A DNA stretch of 64,000 bases from Paragordius varius (taxonomy: Eukaryota; Animalia; Nematomorpha), in NCBI GenBank assembly GCA_964247055.1, contig OZ176054.1, forward strand, positions 8,494,001 to 8,558,000, read 5' to 3'. Positions 13,023-25,300 of this stretch are shown one piece after another. How positions within the stretch are numbered: position 1 is the first letter of the stretch; each line of letters opens with the position of its first letter. Both the position numbers and the translations under genes were made by a program. Under the pieces are notes generated by a model that was not told the origin of the DNA, did not search any database, and worked only from the letters and a program-made list of their open reading frames with translations.

Positions 13023-13576
13023 CACTTGGATACAACACATGCGTGTCAGTCCTTCGATTCAAATTGAGGTAGTTGGATGCCCCAGGCTTGTTTAAAATTA
13101 AATATTTGAAAAATATGGAATAAATTAAAACCATGGCATTTTGCACTTATATAACATTAAAGAACCGAAATATAATAAAAAACTTATTTAAAAATACTTG
13201 ATATTAATTTTTCAATGGTAAAACCATAAAGGTAAAAATTTAGCCTACATAACATGTGTACATAAGCTAAATATAATATTAATGCAAAATATACCACTCA
13301 ATGTTAAATGAGATTTTTATAAAAAATTAAACTAAATTTTAGGCTTAAATCAAATAAACACGAGATTTCAAAAATGTTGCAAAATAAAAATGGCGTCGAA
13401 GTAGTTGATATGGAACATTTTTTGCAAAATTTAATTTTTTTCGATATTTTGACCTATTTATATAGTTTTTATTAGGATAGAAGCATAAATTTAAATTTGA
13501 ACCGTTTCTTTCATTAGATTCTTAAAAAATTAAAAATTGTCTGGTGTATTTAGATGCCCCAATTTGAATCGAAGTG
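13023..13576. mobile_element. MITE with TTAA-type ends (piggyBac-like), copy 1
   Basis: Ends read TTAA|CACTT ... AAGTG|GTAA. An inverted subterminal motif CTTCGATTCAAATTG(A/G)GG / CCCCAATTTGAATCGAAG is present. A homologous copy lies in opposite orientation at 43224-43792. Confidence 0.65.
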
Positions 13577-14222
13577 GTAAACTGACCAAAGTAATGCTCC
13601 ACTTGCTAGGCGCATGCATCTGGCGATGGAATTTGATTTCCGATAAGACATTTTGAAACACCACCATCTAATATTTATTAACATTTAATTGGTGCGGGCA
13701 TCTGGTTGATCTCGATGCTAGTTTAATACAAATAAATTATATTCAAAAAATCGCATACTTTGCCATTAATTAATATTAACATAATTTTGCTAGACCGTAC
13801 TTTATGTTAAAGGATATTGATAACCGTATAAAACCATTTAAAATTACTTTTAAACTTTTCATAGTGTAATTCGTTCAATATTTGTCTTACCTCAAAATTT
13901 TTATTAATAAATTATTGCCATAAATCTATATATAAAACGTATTTTTTTATCCAAATTTTGTAATACGATTTATATTATTATATAATTATACAAATGTTTT
14001 TATACTGTTTATTCAAAATATCTTAAAATGCGACTTTGCATAAACTTTTAATATTATACGTCCAAAATCAGGAGCAAAAATATCTTGATAATATATATTT
14101 ACATATATTATCTCAGGGAAATCTATTAGGATTATCATGGAGTTAAGAATGTTATTTACACTTTTGTGGTAAATACCTAATATCAAAAAAAGGTTTGCTC
14201 AATATATATGAATCAGAATATA

Positions 14223-14857
14223 TATAAATCAAAAGGAGTAGAAATAGTTAGTCTATCTGGTTGCAGGTTGGACATATTAGTATATCCTAATTAGCAACAG
14301 AGACTATAAGAAACCCAATTTTTGTTGACAGTGTTTACCACGTGTCATAGTGTGAGACGCGTTTCGTCCTTGTTGTGGACTCATCAGTCACACATAATGA
14401 ACACGAGTAAACACTGTCAGTTGAGGAATTATATATATATTGAGTTTTATAGAATTCGAAACCGAATACAGTCGGGGAAATCAATATTTCAGAGCTTAGA
14501 GTCCATATTGGACAACAGATTATACTGATTTCAGCCAGATATTATGACTCCTTATAATCCCTAAGCCAGGATTAAGCTTTTTATAATAGAAAATCAGAAA
14601 ATTTTTTGGCGGAAGGCGCCATCTCCTTAAAGTTATAAATCAAAAGGAGTAGAAATAATTAGTCTATCTGGTTGCAGGTTGGACATATTAGTATATCCTA
14701 ATTAGCAACAGAGACTATAAGAAACCCAAATTTTGTTGACAGATTAGGATATACTAATATGTCCAACCTGCAACCAGATAGACTAACTATTTCTACTCCT
14801 TTTGATTTATAACTTTAAGGAGATGGCGCCTTCCGCCAAAAAATTTTCTGATTTTCT
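14223..14857 (-). mobile_element. Non-autonomous, internally deleted Penelope-like (retrozyme-like) element carrying a hammerhead ribozyme
   Basis: Flanked by direct repeat aatcagaatatatat (14211-14225 / 14858-14872). A 109-bp direct repeat (14223-14331 vs 14634-14742) gives a 411-bp period. 115-bp inverted arms lie at 14588-14702 / 14743-14857. The hammerhead is at 14326-14419. Minus-strand ORF relics read MAPSAKKFSDFL and YKKLNPGLGIIRSHNIWLKSV*. Confidence 0.75.
14326..14419 (-). ncRNA. Type I hammerhead ribozyme
   Basis: Minus strand reads GUGUGA-CUGAUGA-GUCC-ACAACAA-GGAC-GAAA-CGC-GUC^UCACAC. The core is intact, stem II is 4 bp, and stem I (GUGUGA/UCACAC) is extended by CGUGU/ACACG and UGACAGUGUUUAC/GUAAACACUGUCA. 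Predicted cleavage is between 14356 and 14355. Confidence 0.93.
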
Positions 14858-15084
14858 AATCAGAATATATATGTTTTATCAGGATATTTTTTATATAGCC
14901 AAATTTTGTGGCCACAGTTATCATTAAGATTCATCTACTTTAAAAGGTCATAAAATATATGATTTTATAAAACAAATATTTTTTTATCTTAACCGTAACA
15001 TAATACCAAAATATATATAAATTTTCGATTAGGAAATTTTGATTATGGTTTTAACTCTTTTTATTTGTACATACATTATATAAT

Positions 15085-15936
15085 ATGAACGCCCAGCTCT
15101 ATTTCAATCACCAGTCAGTTTCCAAAGCTCACCAACAAATTCGATTAGGTTTTGTTAAACTTAAAATATAGGCTTTATTAGGAAGGTGTATGGATTGTTA
15201 ACATCCCAATTTTTGATTACACTCTTGGTCGGGTTGTATATGTACAATAGTAAATCGGCACAGTTTTATTTACTCAAAAAGTATTTTTATAGTTATTTAT
15301 ATTAAAGCCCTGGCAGTTTAAATGTCGCTTTGTTTGGATTATTAGTTTTAATGGGTCTCCTATATTTCAAGAGACACAGTCATCCGACTAATTTGATACT
15401 GTTATTTTCTTACGTATATTATTAATTTAATCTCTAGACCTTATGTCAAGCGTTCATGATTGGATCTATTTGTAAATATATTATAACTAATAATTTTTAG
15501 TGATTTTTTACAAAAGTTCACTGATATTGAAGGCCTTATCAATGGCGGTAGCATCTTTTATTGGATTAGTTTTCCATGCAATGAATACCGATCGTGATTA
15601 CTCTCAACTCCGTCAAATGTTAAATTTTATTAATTTTACTTTAGATTAAGCATTGGTGTTTTAATGAGTATCGCTGGTGGATTTATACAAGTAATTTACT
15701 ATTATTAACCGTTTAAATAGATATTTTACCCAGCAAGTGGGATGGAGTTTGGATTAATCGTGCTTGGAACTGTTTTGTTTTGTGGTTTTATTCTGTATGA
15801 CATCCAAATACTTATGAATAAGTTATCACCCGAAGAATATGTGTTGGCAACCATTAATCTTTACATGGATGGGATCAATTTATTTTTGCATATTTTGAAG
15901 CTTTTGAAAGCCACCGAGAAAAAACAACGAGGATAA
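15085..15936 (+). CDS. TMBIM4: Transmembrane BAX inhibitor motif protein 4 (Lifeguard 4/GAAP), 7 exons
   Basis: Removing six GT-AG introns (15149-15171, 15281-15307, 15414-15437, 15472-15500, 15619-15644, 15691-15720) yields one ORF: IRLGFIRKVYGLL..HPTNLILLFSYTLCQA..LFCGFILYDIQILMNKLSPEEYVLATINLYMDGINLFLHILKLL. Confidence 0.92.
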
Positions 15937-16306
15937 AAATGTTTTCTAATTATCTATATTATGTAACAACCTTATCATAACTTTTTTATTAGATGAATGT
16001 TTATAAAAATGTGTTCGTTTATACATAACTTTAACTTATATTAGCATCTATAAATATATTTTTTTAATATAATATCCTTATCTAATAAATGTATCGTGTA
16101 TGTATTTAACACTTTATTTGTTTTATTATTTAAAGATGTATCCTATACATATATAAAGTAATAAATATTTTTTAAGAATCGTAATTTTAAAAAATGACAC
16201 CCATAGTTTTGCCAATTGAATGGTAAATGATAATTGTAAACTTTAATACTTAACATTGGTTATAAATTTAATAATTTGCAACTTTTTCACATTTATTAAA
16301 TTATGA

Positions 16307-19300
16307 TTATTCAAGCAATAATAGATCCCAATTAGGTGCATTATTAAATACATTGTTATCTATCCAGGATTCATAGTTTCGTTTGAAATCCAGACTTAAT
16401 GGTATATCATCGTTTAAAATACTAAACACATCACTTTTCTTGTCCGTATGCAAACTGTCATATTCATCAATATCTATAATTATTATGGATATAATAGCAC
16501 AAGTTTTACGAAAAAGTTACAGTACATAAATATAAAAATATTAAAATACGAATATTTTATGACAAAAATTATATTTTAAAGAAACGCAGCTTTGAATTCA
16601 CCCAATTTTGGATATTACAATTTATTTAGATTTTAGTTTTGGAGATACTAATAAATTTTATTAAATAGATTGTGAAAACGTGAAAAAAAAGATTAAGATT
16701 AATTATGGGCATTTACCTTCAGTTAAATCCGGATGAGTGGTGAATTGTGTCTGACTAAAACATAAATAAAATAATTCAGTAAAAACATAATATTATCCAA
16801 ACACATATTTTTATTATATCGATGATGTATTGATATTACAGCCACATATATAATAGTTTTGCTTCTTAAATACAAAAGAAAGTTAATGTTTAAACAAAAA
16901 ATTAATTTTGAACAAAATAAAAATATACAGTTTATAGTTTCTTTTTTCCTTTTTAAATTGTATAAGGACATGTGAAAGCTTTGACACTCGCCTGCCCATG
17001 GCTGACATTAATGATGGGGTTCGAAAAAGGATTTAAATCCGTATGGGCAAAAAATGCGAATTAAACATAAAAAACTTTTTTTTACTAAAATATGCTTACT
17101 TCAAATTTTGGTGATAATTTGGTATATTTTTACAATCCTTTGTAATATCGTTAATATTGTTCAGGGCAGATTCATTAAATCTAATGTTACGCTTATGTTG
17201 CGATTGATTATTATAATTTGTGTGAACATTACCATCTATATTGTTATTATGATTATTAAAATTGGAATTAAGATTTTTATTAGCCACTGCATTTTCATTA
17301 TTATGACATTCATTGTAAATTTGATTATTTCCAACGGGTAATAAATGCCCATATCGATCTAGGTTAAACGCATCAATAGCTTGTTTGAGCGATTCATCTT
17401 GTGCATGGAAATGCCATGGTTTAAAATCGGTACCTTTATATATGTAAAATATTTATAGAAAAAAATTTTTTATATGTATAAGGCTAAAAGTTTCACAATT
17501 TATAAATTTAACGACCTAAACAATATAAATATTAAGTTTTTTTAAAAATTAAGATTTATTTAATAATTTAAACCCAATCAATTGTAAATTTTTTTTATCG
17601 ATTAGTCGAGTGCCAATTTAGTCCAATATATAATTTTATATCTTTTGTTTAAAACACTAAAATTTATATATGGTACTATTTCTAGTCCAAGAAAAAAAAA
17701 CACTTACACGGAACATAATTTCCCTATACTTCTGCACCAATTACTTAAAATTTAATCTTTTTATATAATTATCGCTTAAAAGCTATTAACAAAATTCTTA
17801 CAATTTCCATAGGCCCAATCATCGTTCAGATGATGCCTTAAACAACGGTATACGGCTGAAACTATTTTCATATTATTCTTTCTCCATTGTCGTCCCAAAT
17901 AACGCATTTGAAGTTTTAAAGTTTTTAACAAATAATACTGAAGAGTAATTTCCCGTACCTTGAGAGCTTTTTTGAGTATGGGGGCTGAACCAAATAAAAG
18001 CAGCATCTACGAAAGGTTTAAAAAAACATTCTAGGTTAAATTCATGTATAATTAAAAAGTTTACTTGTATTTTATAATAATATAATTTTAAATGAATAAA
18101 ACCTTGAATGCGTATGTATATTTTTAAATGCCCTTGGCAAATTTTTTTCCACAAAAGTCAAAAATTTAATTTATACCATTTAAAATACATTTTCAAGGCT
18201 TAATTTATAATAAATAATATGTTGATTATTAATGTGAGTAAGAGTTTATTTTTACCATGTATTTTATATATGATTTTGTAAAAGAAATTACTATCAAAGA
18301 TTTGAAAACAAATTTCATACCATAGCACGTGATTGTTTTCCCTTAACTAACATGTTTAGGATTCTAAGTAAATTAATGCATGTGAATAAATTTCGCCAAT
18401 TATAGAGACCAGATGAAAGAGTATTGTTTTGCCACACTTCCTGTAATGATTGTTCATCTAACTGTTTTTTGAATGCAAAATTCTAGTTTAAATCAAATAT
18501 AAAAAAATATTTACGTGAAATTTTACCTCTTCGCTTTCTTTGGCTGTGAAAGGCGGAAAATTTGGAAATACATATTTTAATAAGCTAGAACAATATAATT
18601 TTATTAATATATTAGTATTGAAAGAGGTTTGATGATTTTACCAATGCGTAAAATATAAAATTATACTCGAAATTATTGTATATATGAGGATGTATATCTT
18701 GATGAAAGTATTTAAGGATAAGAGGAATACAGTTAGATACCGTCATTAGTTGACAAGCATACTCAAACTAAATTAACAAAATTATAGAAGTATGTTTATA
18801 AAGAAAGTTTTATTATAAATATAAAGATAATCCAAAAATTTGAAATATATGATGTTAATAACAATAATATTACTTTTTATTCTAGATATAATTAAATTTA
18901 TTTTTTGCTACTTATTTGCATTTTAATGAAATAATTATCTAGAAATAAGCAAAATAGGAAATTGTGCAAAAAACACATTGGAACCGCCAAATTTTATAAA
19001 TCTACAAAAAAACATCGTATAGTCTCGTTTCCCTAATTTATTAAAAATTATTTTACTATAAATAAATAAATGAACCTGATAAATGTGATTAATTTTAAAA
19101 TGTTTTAACAAAATGATAAGTATAGCACTGACGGCTTTAGCAATAATATCTTTGTGTCTATTGAAATCAGCCTCCCAAAATCCAGGGATAGATTCACATA
19201 ACCTAAAATATAACTTATATATTTACATTAAAAAACGTGTCATATAAAATAATGAAAAGTGGAAACAGTTTAGAGGTTATAAAGGATGTCCGTCGTCAGC

Positions 19301-22300
19301 AGTAAACAGAATAAAAAAAGATATGTGTGTGTAACACCTTTTCTTTTATACATTTTTTAAAAAGTTTATGGTTGTTCTTTTCCATGATAATTAAATTAAA
19401 ATAATAAGTTATTCATTTGTCACTAAGAGGGATGGAATACACGTAAAATAAGTTAATACTACATAAAAAAAGGAGTGACCGACAAATTCGAGTTGGAAAC
19501 AAAAGACCCATATAGGATCAAAAATGACTTTCCATATATCACTCATTTTCTGTCCTTCTTCTCTAGTTTAAAAATAATTTTTTTATATCTATTGAATAAT
19601 AAAAACTTCAAATTGAATTATCCAGGGGTGTATAAAATTCCATGCGAGTGTGTTCAAGTTTATGTAGGCCAAGTCGCGAGGAAACTTAATACATGCTGGA
19701 GTGAACACAAATGTAGTTTAAAAAATTATTGGAAGGAAAACCCGAGCGTTTCTTTTGACAATGTTAGTAGCATTACATATTAATAATCAAAGACTTATAC
19801 GAGAATTCCTAAAACAACTTGAACTGAGAAGAAGGACAGAATATGAGTAATATAGGTCATCTTTGATGATTTGATTCTATATGGACTCTTTTATCTTCAA
19901 CTCAAAGTTATCGGAAAAATTAAAATATTTTTATGTTTTAAATATTATATATTATTTATTTAACGTTGCAAAACATTAACTATAAACATATTAAAAAGTT
20001 CATAAAAGAAAAAGGTTACTCACCCATATCTAGTTTTATTCTGAAGCACATCCTTTATAGTAGCCGAAACCGTTCGCATTTTATATAAGTTTTTAAAAAT
20101 TTGCATATATTTTTATAGTGTCTAAATAAACTATTTACCTGCAGAAATTAAAATAAAAACTTTTTTTATTGATAGTTATATTATTAGTATATTTGATATG
20201 CATTGTATAAAAAAAGCAATTATAAGCGTCTGAATATTATTTAAGATAAACGCCATTTTCAGGTATATAAATAATGAAACTAAAAAACAATGACCATATT
20301 TGATAATAACTATTAATGATAAAAAAATGATCATTTTACGGAGTTTGTGAACAAAAAAATAATAATTAAAGAGTTAAAGATCGACAAACAAAATCTTTTA
20401 CATGAATATCAACCTACTAAAGGGTAAGCGCTGATAAATTAAATTTATAAAAATCATTAAACATCCAATTTACTAATTTTGATATCTTACTCAAATTTGC
20501 GTTTATAGTTTTTTAGCTAAAACATTTTAGAGTAAAAGAATTACTTTTCATATTCAGGGGGTGGTATTATGTCATTTTTAATGTTGATAGATTCCGATTT
20601 CTTAAGAGCAGGCGATGCTGCCAGAAGCAATTTTAGCAAACTTATCTATAAATATTAGAGAAATAATAAATTATTTTTAAAAATTTATTATATAATCGAT
20701 CGCCAATATTATAAAAAATATACCAAATAGGAAGAAAGATTGGGCAATAATTTTTGGTATAATTCTTCGACTAATGAGTTACGTTCAACTTCCTAAGGGT
20801 AAAACACAAATTAGAGCGAATCTTTTAGGATTATTATAAAAAAATTTTTAAAATGCTTTGTATATACATAAAAATAATTTTATACAGACATAATATATAT
20901 TAAGTGAGATCCCATAAGTAGATAAATAATAAATTTGCGCACATACCTTAGTTGACAAGGGATATTTTTGGTGTTTGTTTTCCAATTCAATCTCTAGTTC
21001 AGATATTGGGACATAGAGTTGCTTAGTATAAAATAATTGAAAACAAAATAAAATATAAATAACTAATGCAAAAATAGTAGTAAATGAAAATTTCCCTTGG
21101 ATGCAATTAATTCTCAGCAAAGAAAAGTGTATACTTATTACATATTTAAAATAATTAATTATACGTATTTGCGCATACGTTTTTCAATATTTGATAACTT
21201 TCAATGATGGGTTGAGGTAACCCTTTAAGTGTAGTCAGATCATTGGGGAGCGTGTAACCCAAAAATTTTTGTCGAGATCTGTTAAGGAATTCTAGAATAT
21301 CCGAATTTCTGCATATAATAATAAACTGATTAAACAAAGGTTTTATACTTATACATGTTCTATAAAATATTCATTAAAAGCATAGCTAATTTTTTTAATC
21401 ATTATTATGATATTCAATTATTATATTATCTACCTAACTTTGGATTTCCATGGCAGTTTTTTGTCGTTTAAAATATTTAGATTAGGGGTGGTATTCTATA
21501 AAAAATATGTCAATATTAAAATTAATTAATGTAACCTTGTCAAGATTGAGTTTATTGAGATTTTCTTCCTCCTTTAAAGTTTTCACAACTCTTTGCTTAG
21601 CTTTTTCCAATAAACTAAAAACATTTTAATATGGATTATTTAAAAATATTTAAATGGGGAAATTGATATCAAGATTAAAAATACGTTAAAAGAGACCAAG
21701 GACCAGGTTTTTGAAAACAACATATTTTCATAATTAAGCGTATTGCAAAAACAGTAAAATGCACGAAATTTTATTTTAACAAATCGAATGGCAGGTTAAA
21801 ATATTTTAAATTATTTTTTTATGTACTATAAATATAAAAATATTAATAAAAACACATCTTACCTTAGAGTTGATGATTTTCGTTGTAAAGCCTTTTCTTT
21901 TGTTAGTGTAGCACTAATATCATTGGTTTTGTCTAAATCTATTAACAAATTTACAAAAGATATATTTGCATAAACATCATTAATCTTTATATAAAACATT
22001 GTATTTCCTAAAAGCTCAAAATATATGGTTTATTGTATAGATGACTTTTATCGGATTAATTTTATATATGCATATCAAAATATAATTTAGCTATCAAATA
22101 TTAATTTTAAAAACTAAATGACATTAAATATAAATATACCAGATTTTAAATCATCGTCTCCCAATAAAGTAGTATCAAGTTTTAAAGTATCGATTTCGTT
22201 TTCAGTATCAACATTCAGCAAGTCTATATAATCGAAAAAATCAACTATATGTATACTAATACTATATTAGGAATATAAAATATAAATAATCCATTAAACC

Positions 22301-25300
22301 TTAATTGAAACATTTGCACAAAATAATTTTTAAATTTATAGAAATATATAAGCAGTGCTATTATTTTTTTTCACAAATATTGTAAAAAGAATATTATAAT
22401 GCTCTTATAGATACCTATAATCCGGTAAATATTTTTGTACAAATTTATTAAAACTTCGTCTAAATAAAAAAAATTTATTACTATTTTTAGATAATTCTTC
22501 GGCTAAAGTATTTTCAATGTCCGACATATCTTCCAAACTCAAAAATGCCTCTTCGCCAGATTCAATGTTTTCTCTATCAAAAATATAGGGAAATTTTTTT
22601 TTATATAATTACAAAAATATTTCTAAAAATTAATTTTTGTTTTGTAAAAACAACCATATTTTGAAAATATTAGATGCATTTTGTATGGCTTATTGTTTTT
22701 TCACAATAAGGAATAGAGATGTAAGTGTAACGCTCTAAATTATATATTTCAAAATTGTTATCATTTAACATAAAAAACATTTGAATAAATTATTTGTCTA
22801 TTATAGGTTTTGCCTTAAAAATTTTAATATTTGCTGAAATTACTCATCAACTGTCGTGTCGTTTTTATTGTCATCCCAGGAATCAATTTGCGTGTTTTCT
22901 ATATCGTAAAAATAATCGATTAATATGGTAAAAAAACCTAGATTGTAATATTCTGGAAATTATTGATGTATTTGTTATATTAAAGAGATGCAAAGATATT
23001 GTAATTAAAAATTAAATATTATTTAATAGTTATTAATAAATGAATAAAATAAAAAAAATAAAACTTTAAATGGTGGAAGGTAAAAAAATTATGAAAAGGA
23101 TAATCTGAATTGGTATCAAAATATAATTAAGGATATCCCCCTGAAGTCAAAAAAATAAAAAGCCATACAAGTATTGAATATTTTCTATATTCGTAATGTA
23201 AGTGTTGAATAAGCACATTAAATAATATAGTTGATTTAAATTGCAAGAAACGCGTATATATGGTTAATAATTATATTTGTAATCATAGATCATAATCCAA
23301 TGAAGAATTAAATTTATAAATAATTACAGGAAAAATTATATAAGAGAAAAAATGTGTTGTGAAAACTAAAAGACAAATAAATGGATAATATGATGAAGAT
23401 TTATGTTACCGTTCGGTATGAGGTTGGTAGTTTTCAAATTCAAAAAATTCTTTTTGGTACAAAGTAAACTTTTAGCTGGTTTTTGGATCGATGAGGTCTG
23501 TATAACGCGACTTTGTAAACCTCCTTTTGAATCTAAAATCCCATTTTTAACTGTCAGTGAAGCGTTTTCCGATTTGCTATTATTGAGTTTCCCATCTATT
23601 TCCGGCTTATCATTTAGAATGGCATTATTTGAAAAGATGGCTGACAATGGTAAAACATCAAAATTAAGTGAATTCATATTGGACAACGTTTTGTATGGAT
23701 TCTCTTGCGTATAGTAGTACATATTATGTTTAGGGGGCATTTGAGACGCAGGGATTAATTCGAGGATTAATTTATACTTTTCATATTTCTTTTCGTAATA
23801 ATCTTCGATTCCACCCAAAGTCAACTAAAATATATATAACAAAAATCTTAAAATGCCTAGCTTATATTACAAAAAATTTAAATTGTAAAAAATAATGTAT
23901 ATGTTCGTAACAAATTGTTTCAATTAAATTTTATAGTTATCAGCTATGAAATTAATTTTTTAAATAAAATAAATTTATTTAATTCATGAGATACAATTTA
24001 TTTTGATGGATGTTTTTTCCCAAAAAAATTCTGTAGTATTTATAAATAACTTAAGAATCCACTATGAAAAAATAATTTTGGGTCTTTGATCTTTATAACA
24101 AATAGCTTATATCAAGAATTTGTAATTTCAATTCTAATACACAATAACCTTCTGAATTACCTTAATATATGCTGATAAATGTTAGCCCTTTTTTTTGATT
24201 AATAAAATGTGAAAAAATTTAAAACTTGCCTAATCTAATCCCTAAATTATATCAATAATTAAAATAAAAATCTAGCAATAAGAAAAAAAGCATAAAAGGC
24301 ACATCCATTACAAATCGCATCAATAAAATGTTTGTCATAGTTTGAATCAAGTCATATATAAGCCCTCGAGAGAACGGTAAGATATTAAATTGTTTTAAAA
24401 GATTTTTGCTATAATTTATTATTTTACATTCAATATTGCTCACAATGTCAAATATATTTTAAGTAAATTCCAACACTTTGATTCCAAAATACTGGAAACA
24501 ATTCTTTTTATTCATAATCCTAAACTTTATAATTTTGATAACATATATTCGATCCCTATGAAATCCTCAAAATCACTGCACTAAACGCCTTCTTTAAAAC
24601 CAAAAGACTAAGATGGGCGAGTCACACGTAGATCACCTACTCGACAACAAGCTCAAAACCTGGGAGGCCCTTCAAAAGATGGCTCATTACCACATATGAC
24701 GATCTTACTGAGACCAAAATAAAAAATAGAAGATGCGGATAATAAAAATAAATGACATAACAAAAATAAAAACCTATCACAAAAATAGCTTGATGATTAT
24801 ATGTCAGAACGATAGGTGAATATTAAAAAATGAATATAATTAAATAAAATATGTAATGTATATCACATAATAAATATCATAAAAAGACCGTTTTGGAAAA
24901 GTAAATATTCCTGTTTATTACAGCTATATTAGCAAAACGTGATTAACCTTAAATATGAATGAATAGAAAGTTCTCAATCTTAAGATTAGAAAGATAACGT
25001 ATGCTGGAACGACATGGAGATTCGGGGTTGCAAAGATATCAATTAATATAACTTGTTTCAAAACATGTGGACAAAAAATGATTCACCCCATACTTTTGCT
25101 TTGTTGCACTTTCTTTTACTAATTTTATTTTTTAGGGACGTGATGTATAACAATGATTGAAGATTCATTAAAACTTATTATCTATAGCAGGGCTTTTTAA
25201 ACTTTTCTAGTTCTCGACCCCATTTATGATTGCGAGTTTCTTAACGACCCCAACAGGTATAAAAGAGAAATAATAATTTCTTGAAAATAACACCTATTAT

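Noticed and set aside
20041-20075. Second functional hammerhead
   Set aside because: The core is CUGAAGC rather than CUGANGA, and no stem II or stem I pairing can be drawn. At best it is a decayed relic.
22114-22139. 26-nt micro-intron in STRIP
   Set aside because: Splicing at the nearby AG leads to an immediate stop. A downstream acceptor near 21940 keeps the frame open.
23246-23256. GAAACGCGT motif matching the hammerhead stem III
   Set aside because: No CUGANGA box or stem II lies at a suitable distance upstream.
23403-23714. Plus-strand ORFs overlapping STRIP, UBA2 and CABIT exons (also 17054-17341, 30265-30615, 6608-6829)
   Set aside because: These are antisense shadows of real coding exons.
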